Origin: an uncultured Lachnospiraceae bacterium
GTDB taxonomy: Bacteria > Bacillota > Clostridia > Oscillospirales > CAG-272
Direction of reading: 5' to 3'
DNA: 64,000 nucleotides
Assembly (NCBI GenBank): GCA_964534905.1
Contig: CAZHPZ010000001.1
Span: 21,719 to 85,718, forward strand
A model generated the notes under the pieces. That model was not told the DNA's origin. It searched no databases and worked only from the letters and a program-made list of their open reading frames with translations. This document shows, piece by piece, positions 45,841-56,194 of the stretch. Made by a program: the position numbers and the translations under genes. Position 1 is the first letter of the stretch, and each line of letters opens with the position of its first letter.

Positions 45841-47697
45841 ATGAAAAATTCATTTAAATTTGTGATCGTATGCACTTTGCTTGCCGTGACGGTTATGCTC
45901 GCGGCGACATCCTGCGCGCTTTTCGGCGGCAATGGCAACGGTACGGGTACTACAACACCGCCCGACTCGACGCCCGGTGGGGATAATATGGGCGATACGC
46001 TTTTTAAGGTAACCTTTATCGATTTTTACGGTGAGGTTATATCAACTCAATATGTGAAGTCGGGCGATGGCGCAGTTGCACCGGCTATTGATAATAAAAT
46101 AGGCGCTTGGCTTTTTGACGGCTGGGACAGTGATTTCGCTGAAGTAAAAGAAGATATGACGGTTCGGGCTACGTACAAGAATACGGGATATACCGTAAAG
46201 TATGATACGCAGGGGCTTGTCGAGATTTCGGACGAGGTGTGCGAAAAATCGTCTGCACCGACCTCGCCGGAGCTTACCGCTCCCGAGGGTTATATATTCG
46301 GCGGATGGTATCTTGATTCGTCTTATAGATCAAGATATGATTTCAGCTATTCCTTGGGCAGTGATACAACACTTTATGCCAAAATTTATAACAACATTAA
46401 CGGAGAATATACCGTTATATCAAGCGCATCTGATCTCGGTGCAATAGGTGCAGATCCCGACGGCAAATATGTTTTTGTTAACGATATAGACCTCAGGGGA
46501 GAATCTCTGAGCTATATTCCCGAGTTCAACGGAGAGATATACGGAAACGGATATAAAATCCGTAACTTTATTCTGTCAAGCACAGCAGATACCGTAGGCG
46601 TTATCGGAAAGAATAACGGATATATATCCGACATTATATTGAGCGGATTTAAGATTTCTTTTACAAACGAAACAAGTAAGAGCATTAAATATTTCGGTAT
46701 TTTGTGCGGACTTAACTCGGCTACGGGATATATCGAAAATTGCCACATACAAAACGGCGATATAACCGTGATCGCATCTTATAAAAACGCAAGCGACAAC
46801 GTATACGGATTTGTAGGAGCATTTGCGGGAGATAACCTCGGAATAATAGACGGTTGCACGAGCAATGCGGATATCTCCGTATCCTTTACGTCTTCTTATG
46901 ACGCAAACGGTCACGGCAAATTTGAAATGTATACCTGCGTAGGCGGAATATGCGGAGCAAACAGCGGTAGCGCACGTGTCAGCGAATGCGCAAGCTGTGG
47001 TGATGTGAGTCTGACTTCATATGTTTGGGTGGGCAAATACGGAAATATTACCTTGCGTACTCGCGTAGGCGGAGTGTGCGGGCAAAACTATTCTGTTATC
47101 GAAAGCTGTATGAGTGACGGAAAGGTTACTCACGACATATCCGATAACGCAAGTGTTCATATTTATACGGATTCCTATGTAGGCGGATTTGTCGGAATAA
47201 ATGCCGGAGAGATAAGAAACGCCTATAAGACCGGATCGGTAAAGCAGACAGGTAAGGTTTCATATTCGATGCTCGGAGGATTTGCCGCTCTCAATCAGGG
47301 AAAGATAATAAGCGCTTATTCTACGGCGAGCGTTGAGGATACAACCGGAACGGTCAATTCCGCGGGAGGATTTGTGGGCTATAACGAGCTTAAGGACGGC
47401 TCGACAGCCACCGTATCAAAATGCTTTTCCACGGGAAATATCATTTTGAAGTCAAATGCGTCAAATACCGGTGCGTTTGTGGCAAGAAGCACGGGAACGG
47501 AATTTTCTGTATATTATCTTGATACATTCACATTGACAGTGGGAGAGAACGTGACATCTCCGAGCCTTGAAAGAGGCGAAGCAAGGAGCGAGGATGTCTT
47601 GAAGGGCACCGATTTCGTTTTGAATACCGTATATTTTGAAACTGATGTATGGTCGGTAACGGACGGCACGCTTCCCACGCTTAAATGCTTGGAATAA
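45841..47697 (+). CDS. Surface lipoprotein with Listeria-Bacteroides (Flg_new) repeats and GLUG-motif repeats
   Basis: Lipobox LAATSC. F(D/G)GW-type repeats (WLFDGWDSDF, YIFGGWYLDS). Repeated (V/L/A)GGF(V/A)G..N.G motifs. Confidence 0.7.
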   Translation: MKNSFKFVIVCTLLAVTVMLAATSCALFGGNGNGTGTTTPPDSTPGGDNMGDTLFKVTFIDFYGEVISTQYVKSGDGAVAPAIDNKIGAWLFDGWDSDFAEVKEDMTVRATYKNTGYTVKYDTQGLVEISDEVCEKSSAPTSPELTAPEGYIFGGWYLDSSYRSRYDFSYSLGSDTTLYAKIYNNINGEYTVISSASDLGAIGADPDGKYVFVNDIDLRGESLSYIPEFNGEIYGNGYKIRNFILSSTADTVGVIGKNNGYISDIILSGFKISFTNETSKSIKYFGILCGLNSATGYIENCHIQNGDITVIASYKNASDNVYGFVGAFAGDNLGIIDGCTSNADISVSFTSSYDANGHGKFEMYTCVGGICGANSGSARVSECASCGDVSLTSYVWVGKYGNITLRTRVGGVCGQNYSVIESCMSDGKVTHDISDNASVHIYTDSYVGGFVGINAGEIRNAYKTGSVKQTGKVSYSMLGGFAALNQGKIISAYSTASVEDTTGTVNSAGGFVGYNELKDGSTATVSKCFSTGNIILKSNASNTGAFVARSTGTEFSVYYLDTFTLTVGENVTSPSLERGEARSEDVLKGTDFVLNTVYFETDVWSVTDGTLPTLKCLE

Positions 47698-47709
47698 TAT
47701 AATAAAAAA

Positions 47710-47745
47710 ATATATCCTGCGAATGAACGCAGGATATATTTTTTG
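47710..47745 (+). terminator. Intrinsic terminator
   Basis: 12-bp stem ATATATCCTGCG / CGCAGGATATAT followed by a T-run. Confidence 0.8.
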
Positions 47746-47805
47746 TATAAGTACGGCTAAATGGGGAAACATATTATTAACATTATAAAGAAAAGGGGAG
47801 ATAAT

Positions 47806-47982
47806 ATGTTCAGAAGTAAGCTCGGGATTATGGCGGGAGCGGTAGTGGCTGTTGCCGCGGTAGGTACACTCAGCGCAATGCTTTGCAACTCAAAGGCAAT
47901 GCGCCGCAGAAGATTTATGAAAAGGGTGTTTAAGAATGCCGGGAAGATGTGCTGCTTTATGCAAAAGCTGACATCGTTCTGA
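47806..47982 (+). CDS. Small (58 aa) single-TM protein with a basic tail
   Basis: GGGGAG RBS. Hydrophobic MAGAVVAVAAVGTLSAML followed by RRRRFMKR. Flanked by terminators on both sides. Confidence 0.45.
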   Translation: MFRSKLGIMAGAVVAVAAVGTLSAMLCNSKAMRRRRFMKRVFKNAGKMCCFMQKLTSF

Positions 47983-47989
47983 AAAGAAA

Positions 47990-48026
47990 ATCAAAGCATC
48001 GGGCATTGCCCGATGCTTTGATTTTT
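47990..48026. terminator. Bidirectional terminator
   Basis: 15-bp stem ATCAAAGCATCGGGC / GCCCGATGCTTTGAT with A and T runs. Confidence 0.85.
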
Positions 48027-48030
48027 ATGA

Positions 48031-48975
48031 TTATACATCGCCGTTTATTCCGTCGATTATTCCGAGTGTGAGTATTCCGATTATTACAAGTCCGACCATA
48101 AGATACTGCTTCTTTGAAAGCTTTTCCTTGAGGAATATTCTCGAAAGAATGAGGCTGACTATGCAATAGGAGCTGATCATGGGTGCGACAACAACCGCGT
48201 TTCCGCTGATTGCATATACGTATGTTATCTGACCGAGGGTTTCCGCACTTGCGGCAAGTATTCTGTCACGCTGCTTCGGAAGCTCGATCTTTTCCTTTTT
48301 GATTAACTTGAGGTATATGAATATAACCACCGCAACAATGAGGAAAGTGTACATATACGAAACGTTTGCAACGTCCTCAAAATTATCCTCTGTAACATAC
48401 TTGAGGGGTGTCGTTGCGATATCGTCAAGATAATAGCCGTCGAATACCGTTCCGAGTGCGTCGATTATACAGTAAAGAATCGGCATCATAAATGCTACAA
48501 AGCCCATTCTGTATTTCTTGTTTTCGGGATCGGCAAGCTCCGCCTCGTCCTCGCTCTGCTTTTCAAGGAGACCGAGCATAAATACTCCGATGCAGATAAC
48601 TGCGATGGCAATGCCGGAGGGTAGGTCAATGCTTTGACCTACGAAGAGAAAGAGCATAATGGACGCAACGGCGCCCGATGCATTCTGAATGGGTGAGCTT
48701 ATCGAAAGATCAAGATAGCGAAGTCCGAAATAGCCAATCGCCATCGAAAGAATATACATTGTGGAAACTGGGAGGTAGATGAGAAGATTTATCGGATGAA
48801 AATCAACGCCTCCGAGCGTTATCATATATGTAGCGTAAAGTCCCATAACGACACCGACCCACATAGTAGTCTTGAGGTGACTGTATTTGTCGGATTCGTC
48901 GGCGCCTTTTTTATAAAATACGTCTGCTACGCCCCATGCGAGAGTCGTGCAGAGAGCAAATAAAAACCAAGTCAT
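48031..48975 (-). CDS. DMT/EamA-like transporter
   Basis: About 10 TM segments in two halves. N-terminus FALCTTLAWGVADVFYKKG. Confidence 0.6.
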   Translation of the reverse strand: MTWFLFALCTTLAWGVADVFYKKGADESDKYSHLKTTMWVGVVMGLYATYMITLGGVDFHPINLLIYLPVSTMYILSMAIGYFGLRYLDLSISSPIQNASGAVASIMLFLFVGQSIDLPSGIAIAVICIGVFMLGLLEKQSEDEAELADPENKKYRMGFVAFMMPILYCIIDALGTVFDGYYLDDIATTPLKYVTEDNFEDVANVSYMYTFLIVAVVIFIYLKLIKKEKIELPKQRDRILAASAETLGQITYVYAISGNAVVVAPMISSYCIVSLILSRIFLKEKLSKKQYLMVGLVIIGILTLGIIDGINGDV

Positions 48976-49031
48976 ATTATTTTATCCTTTTCTTAATTAA
49001 AAATGTTTTTTTTGTTATATGATTTTATTTT

Positions 49032-50177
49032 TTATTTGCCGTTTTTCGTCTTATCTCTTGCCCTGTAATATTGATAGAGATTACAGGGTATCATTCCGTT
49101 ATAAAGCTTTCGCACCTTGTCGGCACGTCTGCCGTAGCAGCGTTCAAAGCTTTCAAGCGAGGTCAGAACATATATCTGCCACGGATAAAAGGATTCGAAG
49201 CGCTTGCCGATGTCACGGTACAGCTGCTCAGCCTCGCGGGGGGTCATAAGTCGCTCGCCGTATGGGGGATTGCAGACTATCGTTCCGCGTCTGTCGGGCT
49301 TTTCTATTTTTCTTGCGTCGGCACAGAAAATGTTCAGATAATCCGTGACGCCCGCACGCAAAGCGTTTTCGTATGCGATATCCGTTGCGTCCTCGTCGAT
49401 GTCGGAGGCGTATATTTCGAAATCCACCTCTGTCGATCTTGCCGCCTCGGCACTCTCTCTTGCCGCGCTCCAAAGTTCACCCGATATGAGAGGGAAGCTC
49501 TCGGATACAAATTGTCTGTTAATTCCCGGGGCAATGTTTGCGAGTATCATTGCGGACTCTATTGCGATAGTGCCCGATCCGCAGAACGGATCCCAAATAA
49601 GCACGTCCTTGCGCGGACGGCTTGTGAGTGCGATTGCCGCCGCAAGCGTTTCTCTGAGCGGTGCGGCAACGGATGCCGGGCGATAGCCTCTCTTGTGAAG
49701 AGCTGTGCCGCTTGTGTCTATCATAAGCGTTGCCTTATCCTTGAGAATAAAGAATTCTATCTGATATTTCACGCCGCTGCTTTCGGTGAACCATTTAACA
49801 CCGTATTTTTCGGAGAGCCGTGCGACAACGGCTTTCTTGACTATACTCTGACAGTCGGGAATCGAATAGAGCTTGCTCTTTATTGAGTGTCCCTTGACGG
49901 GAAATTCATCGTATTTGGAGATGAAGCATTCCCAAGGAAGCGCCTTTGTGCCCTCAAAGAGGTCGTCAAAGGAATATGCGGGAAAATCACCGAGCTTGAT
50001 GAATACACGCTCGGCAAGGCGCAGGCATATATTGGCGCGTGCAACCGCAAGCTCATCGCCCTCAAAGGTTACTCTGCCGTCTATGGTTTCTATTCTTTTG
50101 TAGCCCAGTGCGTCAATCTCTTCACCGAGCATTTTTTCAAGTCCGAATAGGCACGTAGCCACGAGTTCAAGCCTCAT
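49032..50177 (-). CDS. THUMP-domain class I SAM-dependent RNA methyltransferase (RlmL/YpsC-like)
   Basis: N-terminal THUMP-like region, DPFCGSGTI (motif I), CNPPYGERL (motif IV). Confidence 0.8.
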   Translation of the reverse strand: MRLELVATCLFGLEKMLGEEIDALGYKRIETIDGRVTFEGDELAVARANICLRLAERVFIKLGDFPAYSFDDLFEGTKALPWECFISKYDEFPVKGHSIKSKLYSIPDCQSIVKKAVVARLSEKYGVKWFTESSGVKYQIEFFILKDKATLMIDTSGTALHKRGYRPASVAAPLRETLAAAIALTSRPRKDVLIWDPFCGSGTIAIESAMILANIAPGINRQFVSESFPLISGELWSAARESAEAARSTEVDFEIYASDIDEDATDIAYENALRAGVTDYLNIFCADARKIEKPDRRGTIVCNPPYGERLMTPREAEQLYRDIGKRFESFYPWQIYVLTSLESFERCYGRRADKVRKLYNGMIPCNLYQYYRARDKTKNGK

Positions 50178-50329
50178 TGATATCTCCCGAAAAACAATAA
50201 ATTACGATTTATGATAACATATGATTAATAAATTGTCAACAATTAATGACTAAATTTGTTCTTACTTGTTGAAAAAAATTCGCACAGATGCTATAATAAT
50301 GCTTGAATTACAGTGTTAAGGAGTATCTT

Positions 50330-51826
50330 GTGAATACGGATAAAACGACGATATATCTTGTGGGGGACTCCACGCTTGCGAGCTTTTGCGACGGATATTA
50401 CTATCCGAGATACGGCTACGGCACACAGCTTGCCGAATTTATTAACGGTGAGGCACAGGTCTGCAATCTCGCACTTTCGGGAAGAAGCTCGAAAAGCTTT
50501 GTTCGGGAAGAGAATTATTCAATGCTTGAGGGGCAAATACGCCGAGGAGATATTCTCATAATCGGATTCGGACACAACGATGAAAAGAGTGACGATCCCG
50601 CCCGCTTTACCGACGCTTCGCTTCCGTATACCGACGAGAGATCGTTCGGATATCATTTGAATAAATATTATGTTCGGCTTGCGCTTTCGGTCGGTGCCTA
50701 TCCCGTTCTTTGCACCCCGATAGCACGAGCGAACGAGAAAAACGATTACAGCGGAGTCAGCGGACATATAACCGAGCACGGGGATTACCGCCTTGCCGTG
50801 CAAAGGCTCGGAGAGGCACTCGGCGTTCCGGTCGTAGATATTTGTGCCGCTACCAGCGAGAGATATGTAAGGCTCGGATATGAGGGAGCGCTTAAGCATC
50901 ATGCGGTTATAACGGGAAAGTATGCGGAGGACGGAGAAACGGTTGTGCCGGATATGACGACGGTGGATACAACGCATCTCAATCTTTACGGTGCAAGTAC
51001 AGTTGCGTATATGCTTGCCAAGGGACTTGAAAATATCGAATATGTGAAGAATTATGTGCGTGAAAAAATATGCGAGCCGAGCGAGAATATTCTTCTTCCC
51101 AATCCCGATTACAAAATACCTCGGTATTCCACGCCGTGCCTTGAAAATTACGTGCCGCCGAAGCATTTCTTTACAGAGCCCGAAAGCGGTTGGTACGGAA
51201 CGGCATTCGGAAGCGTGGGCGATGACCCCGAGAATGAAAAAACGGGATATGTCGCAAGACAGGACGGTAAAAACGAATTTAGCGTCGGTCAGCGTGCGGG
51301 CACGAGCAAGGGTAAAATATCAAGGGACGGCGACGGCTTTGCATTTGCGTTTCGCAGAGTTGGCGCAGACGAAAATTTCACGCTCTCGGCGGAGTGTGTC
51401 GTTGAATGTCACGCCAAATGCCCGCAGTCCGCATTCGGCATAATGCTTCGTGACAACTGTATTGTGGGGCAGCGAGAGGACGGAGCCGAAAACGCAAATT
51501 ACGTTACTGCCGGACTGCTTTTGCAAAACGATAAAACGGCAATCAACTTTTGGCGAGAGGGCGGACGTCTCGGCACGGACGATATCTGCGATGTATCGGC
51601 GTTTGACGTCGGAGAGGTATACCACCTTTCGATTGAAAGAGTCGGACAGAGCGTAAACGTTAAGCTTGTGCGAGACGGCGAAGCTTTTTTAAAAACGCAT
51701 ATTGATTTTGACTTTTTAGCCGTAGATACCGAGTATATGTTTGTCGGGATGTTTGCGTGCCGTGGAACCGTTGTAAAATTTTATAATGTGGAATTTAAGC
51801 TTACCGGCAAAAGTCAGGGAGCGTAA
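50330..51826 (+). CDS. SGNH/GDSL hydrolase fused to a C-terminal jelly-roll (LamG-like) domain
   Basis: Block I IYLVGDSTL, block III GHND. AAGGAG RBS lies 6 nt before the GTG at 50330. Confidence 0.7.
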   Translation: MNTDKTTIYLVGDSTLASFCDGYYYPRYGYGTQLAEFINGEAQVCNLALSGRSSKSFVREENYSMLEGQIRRGDILIIGFGHNDEKSDDPARFTDASLPYTDERSFGYHLNKYYVRLALSVGAYPVLCTPIARANEKNDYSGVSGHITEHGDYRLAVQRLGEALGVPVVDICAATSERYVRLGYEGALKHHAVITGKYAEDGETVVPDMTTVDTTHLNLYGASTVAYMLAKGLENIEYVKNYVREKICEPSENILLPNPDYKIPRYSTPCLENYVPPKHFFTEPESGWYGTAFGSVGDDPENEKTGYVARQDGKNEFSVGQRAGTSKGKISRDGDGFAFAFRRVGADENFTLSAECVVECHAKCPQSAFGIMLRDNCIVGQREDGAENANYVTAGLLLQNDKTAINFWREGGRLGTDDICDVSAFDVGEVYHLSIERVGQSVNVKLVRDGEAFLKTHIDFDFLAVDTEYMFVGMFACRGTVVKFYNVEFKLTGKSQGA

Positions 51827-51845
51827 TAAAGCAGAAGAAGCAGTC

Positions 51846-52586
51846 TTATGACTGCTTCTTTTTGAATTTGCTTTTGATGCTTGAAATTATGGGACGTGCA
51901 TAGCAGGCGCTTACGCAAAACAGGACAAGGCAGGCGTAATGGATTATGTAAACGAACCAGCCGTGATCCTTGTTTAAAAAAGGAAGTCCGCTTTGAGGAG
52001 GAGATACCACGTACATAAAATTGATATTTCCCGAACCGTCATAAACTATGCTGTTGATGTATACTGCGAAGAAAAATATCGCTATGAGAAATTTCAGACA
52101 GCTGGCGTAGCCTTTTATGCTCACGACACCGAGCTCCTTGCTTCTTGCGATATAGATTGCAAATACGACTATGGCAACATGATATAAAAAATATTGAGCC
52201 GTTATTATCGGGTAGCCGTTAAGCGATGAGCTTGTGGCGATGAATATTGCCGCAATACCGCCGAGAAGGCAGCTTGGATACATAAAGCTGAGCAGAACTT
52301 CTCTTATTTTTTCATTATCCGTTAGATTTAATATCAATATGAAGATTATCTGTATCGAGCAGAGGTGAAATGGGAGATCGGTTTTAGGCAAAACTCCGCC
52401 GTATTTGGATTCATTGGTTATTATGTAGTAAAATACCTTTACGGTTTCGGAGCATATCCCGACGTAAAGCATTATTTTACATAATTTTTTTAAGCTGATT
52501 TTCTTTGATAATACGGAAAAAACGATTATCAAGGCAAAAGAGACAGTCACTAAGATAAGGTGCTTGACACCGAATATTTTGTTCAT
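51846..52586 (-). CDS. YwaF/TIGR02206-type integral membrane protein (second paralogue)
   Basis: Multi-TM protein with the motif LPFHLCSI, the same family signature as 12672-13442. Confidence 0.6.
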   Translation of the reverse strand: MNKIFGVKHLILVTVSFALIIVFSVLSKKISLKKLCKIMLYVGICSETVKVFYYIITNESKYGGVLPKTDLPFHLCSIQIIFILILNLTDNEKIREVLLSFMYPSCLLGGIAAIFIATSSSLNGYPIITAQYFLYHVAIVVFAIYIARSKELGVVSIKGYASCLKFLIAIFFFAVYINSIVYDGSGNINFMYVVSPPQSGLPFLNKDHGWFVYIIHYACLVLFCVSACYARPIISSIKSKFKKKQS

Positions 52587-52927
52587 ATTTTTACACTCCT
52601 ATTTGCAATTAAGCACAGTATATCACAAAAATATGTCTAAATCAACATTATTTGCGATTTTTAGGGCGGAGATGTCCCAAAGTGATGAAAATATGCCGTA
52701 AAAAATAATTTAAAGGAGCGTTTTTGCTTAAAAACAGCATCCTATCCCCACATAAGCTTTAATATTGGTGATATTGAATAAAAATAGTTGAAAAAATAAT
52801 ATTTTTTTGATTTTTATATGGACGATAATTAAAAATTGACAAAAAAGTATTTACTTTTCTTTTTTTTTTAGCTATAATGACATTAAACAAATGATAGATA
52901 TACAGGCATTATGCAGGGAGGATAATT

Positions 52928-53812
52928 TTGATCAACATTGAATCACGTGATTTTTACAAGGGTACGGATAATTGCTCCCTCAGAATAACGCGAATCGGAC
53001 AGGAATTTTGCAGTCTTCAGAAAAAGCCCGAAAAAATGAAGCGAGATTATTATTCCTTGCACTTTGTTCTTTTCGGATCCGGAGTACTCAAGGACGGAAA
53101 TTCCGTTTATAAAATAAAGGCGGGAAGCGCATTTCTCCTTTATGAGGGGATAGAGTACGAATATTATCCCGATCCTCAAAATCCGTGGACATATGTTTGG
53201 GTGGACGTTTACGGAGAAAATCTTGACGAGCTCTTCGAGAGAGCCGGATTTACACGCAATGATCCTGTTACGAAAATCAAAAAAATGGACGAGATAAACG
53301 TTCTTCTTCGAAATTTGAATGATGCATATTCTTACGATTTTTACGGAGAAATGGCATATTACGGATATCTTTTCCTGCTTATAGACAGGCTTGTGGATAA
53401 TAATTCCGCATTTCTTGAGCAGAGCAAGAAAAAGGTTCTCAATAAAAAGCTTATCAGAAATATTCTCATATTTATGAATAACAACTCCACTCTTGATCTG
53501 ACTCCCAAGGATATAGGGCAGAAGTTCAATATCTCGTACGGAACGCTTATGGGACTGTTCAAGAGTGAGGTCGGAATGGCGCCCATGCAGTACCTCGCAA
53601 GCTTCAGAATAGCGCATGCGTGCATTCTTTTGCGTTCCGAGGAAAAAATGTCCGTCGGTGAAATTTCGAGAGCGGTCGGATACACGGATCAGCTTTATTT
53701 TTCGAGATTGTTCAAAAAGCTCAAGGGCGTTTCTCCGAGCGAATATCAAAAAAGCGACATCGAGGACGATCCTTATGAGTGGCTTAAAAGTAAAGACCTT
53801 GATTTTAGATAA
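52928..53812 (+). CDS. AraC-family transcriptional regulator
   Basis: N-terminal cupin-like sensor and C-terminal double HTH (ISRAVGYTDQLYFSRLFKK). GGAGG RBS precedes a TTG start. Confidence 0.8.
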   Translation: MINIESRDFYKGTDNCSLRITRIGQEFCSLQKKPEKMKRDYYSLHFVLFGSGVLKDGNSVYKIKAGSAFLLYEGIEYEYYPDPQNPWTYVWVDVYGENLDELFERAGFTRNDPVTKIKKMDEINVLLRNLNDAYSYDFYGEMAYYGYLFLLIDRLVDNNSAFLEQSKKKVLNKKLIRNILIFMNNNSTLDLTPKDIGQKFNISYGTLMGLFKSEVGMAPMQYLASFRIAHACILLRSEEKMSVGEISRAVGYTDQLYFSRLFKKLKGVSPSEYQKSDIEDDPYEWLKSKDLDFR

Positions 53813-53844
53813 TATATAAATAATGAAAGGAAAGGTATATTAGA

Positions 53845-56184
53845 ATGAAGGCACTGAGACTTATGAGTTTGGTTCTTCTTGTTTCCATGCTCTTGGTCGG
53901 ATGCTTCGGACCTCAGTACAATTTCATATTCGGTGACGATTTGGATATTGAAGAGGGAAGCAAGCTGACTGACGGAATTGATCCGTTCGGCGAAAAGGGA
54001 CTTTATGAGGACCCCGAGGTCGAGATCGACGGAATAAGAGAACCGGAATACGACTATCCCACGGGAAGCGGCAGACATCTCGTTTATTCAAGCGAGACGG
54101 AAACCACATACGTTTCCATTTACAAGGGTGAACGCGGTATATATTTCCTCTTTGAGTGTGAGGACGACTGTCTTTCCGCTCTTAACGTAGAGGATATCAA
54201 CCTTGTTACCGCACAGTCCGACTCCGTTGAGATTTACGTCGACGCTTACGGCGTGGGCGGCTCGAAGAGAGGAAACAATCAGCACGAATTCAGAGTTACG
54301 TGCTCTGAGCGTATTTATTCTTATTTGACGGGCTTCGTTGCAAGAGTATTTACGTACGGAACGCTTAACGACCACAGCGACGTTGACGAGGGCTTCAACG
54401 TAGAGGGATATATCTCCTATTCGGTGCTCGGAGAGGGCGTTGATAAAAACACTCCCACTTCATTTGCATTTGCCCGTGTAACAAAAACGGGTAACAAGGG
54501 ATATGTTTGGCACGGTGATGTTGACCCACAGGTCCCCGACAACTATCTTGTTCTGAATAACGACAATAAATTCTATACACTTGAAAGCTGCCCCGCAAGC
54601 GGTGTTGTAAGCGGTAAGCTGCTTGACATAAACGGAAATCCCGTATCCGGTGCAAAGGTAAGCGCCGAGGGATACAAGACCGTTTACACCGGAAGCGACG
54701 GAAGCTACTCGCTCGACATTACGAATTGCACAAGCGATTTGCAGATAAACTTCAGCAAGAAGGATTATCTTGAAAATTCCGTAGAGGTAAATAAGTCCGA
54801 GCTCAGACTTTCCGACGGAACGCTTGATATCGGTAGCTCCTTGTTCCTCAAGGAGAGCGAATCCGAGTATTCGACAACTATTAAGGGAACTCTTACGGAG
54901 AGAGACGGCAAAACTCCTATCGCAAATGCGACAGTAGAGGTTAACGGCTTAAGCACGAGAACGGACAAGGACGGAAATTACACGCTTGAGGCTAATCTCA
55001 GCGGCTATAACGGAAAGGTTAATTTCTCGGCTGACGGTCATATCTCCTATACAAAACAGCTTGAGATCCTTGACGTTACCATAAACGGTACAACGAATCT
55101 CGCGACAACAAATCTTGACGAAAGTGCCGGCGGAACGATCAATTTCGGCAAGGATAATTCGTCTGTCGCAAGAATAGTCAGAGGAGAGGATTCCTTTAAG
55201 ATAGTTCTTAAGACTCCTTACGTTATGGATATAAGTCAGGTGCCCGGATCCAACTTCGAGTTGTTTATTGATACCAAGGATTCCTGCACAATGAACAAGA
55301 GAGATCTTACCGACTATCTGTTCGTGCTTCAGTATGCCGAAGAGGGAGTTCTCAGCTCCACGCGCTACGGCGGCGGAACGGTAAATACAAGAGATATTAA
55401 GACAACATACGGCAGAATCAACGAGCTTTACTACGTTGAGGCTGAAATCCCTTATTCTGTTATCGGAATTGAAAAGGATGAGGTATTCGGAGTTTACTTG
55501 GGTATTAAGTATAATTACGACTGGACGGGTATGTACGACGCAAGCGGAGATTATATTCCCGCAGAGGCAACAATAAACTACACGCGTGTTGACGCAAATT
55601 CCAATATCTTCGCAGGCTCCTGCAATACAGAGCCCGCAAAGGAGCTTACATTTAAGGAAATCGGAGTAATGGGCTCATTCTCTCAGAATGCCGACACGGT
55701 TAAATACAATGTAAGCTATGCAAGAGAGGACGATTACGTTATGCTTAAGCTTAAGCTTGTGGATAACGGTATCGGTATGACGGAGCAAAGACATTCCATC
55801 AACGTATACTTTGATATGAATTGCAACGACTCCAAAACGCAGAGAGACGGCTCAAGCTATCATATGACGATTTATCCCGGAAGACCTGTATCGACATACC
55901 GCGAATGGGATTCGTCACTTAACGATTACAGCAAAAAGAAATATTACGAGAGCGATTTCGCTCAGGGTACATGGGCATATCTCTACGGAGATACGATTTA
56001 CATTAAGCTTGACACGGCGATATTCGGCGGAGATGCAAGTCAGTCTATCGGCTTTGCAATCGGAATGTGGCACGACGGCGTCGGTGCAAACTCCATTTTG
56101 TCGATGAACGGCCATACGTGCAGCTTCGAAAACCCGAGCAAATACTTTATCGTTGATTCAAACGGTAATATTACCATAAAGTAA
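53845..56184 (+). CDS. Glycan-binding surface lipoprotein (CBM9-like modules plus CarboxypepD_reg-like Ig folds)
   Basis: Lipobox LLVGC. SDSVEIYVDA-type CBM9 motif. GKLLDINGNPVSGAKVSA...TGSDGSYSL regulatory-like domains. Confidence 0.65.
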   Translation: MKALRLMSLVLLVSMLLVGCFGPQYNFIFGDDLDIEEGSKLTDGIDPFGEKGLYEDPEVEIDGIREPEYDYPTGSGRHLVYSSETETTYVSIYKGERGIYFLFECEDDCLSALNVEDINLVTAQSDSVEIYVDAYGVGGSKRGNNQHEFRVTCSERIYSYLTGFVARVFTYGTLNDHSDVDEGFNVEGYISYSVLGEGVDKNTPTSFAFARVTKTGNKGYVWHGDVDPQVPDNYLVLNNDNKFYTLESCPASGVVSGKLLDINGNPVSGAKVSAEGYKTVYTGSDGSYSLDITNCTSDLQINFSKKDYLENSVEVNKSELRLSDGTLDIGSSLFLKESESEYSTTIKGTLTERDGKTPIANATVEVNGLSTRTDKDGNYTLEANLSGYNGKVNFSADGHISYTKQLEILDVTINGTTNLATTNLDESAGGTINFGKDNSSVARIVRGEDSFKIVLKTPYVMDISQVPGSNFELFIDTKDSCTMNKRDLTDYLFVLQYAEEGVLSSTRYGGGTVNTRDIKTTYGRINELYYVEAEIPYSVIGIEKDEVFGVYLGIKYNYDWTGMYDASGDYIPAEATINYTRVDANSNIFAGSCNTEPAKELTFKEIGVMGSFSQNADTVKYNVSYAREDDYVMLKLKLVDNGIGMTEQRHSINVYFDMNCNDSKTQRDGSSYHMTIYPGRPVSTYREWDSSLNDYSKKKYYESDFAQGTWAYLYGDTIYIKLDTAIFGGDASQSIGFAIGMWHDGVGANSILSMNGHTCSFENPSKYFIVDSNGNITIK

Positions 56185-56194
56185 GGAGGATATA

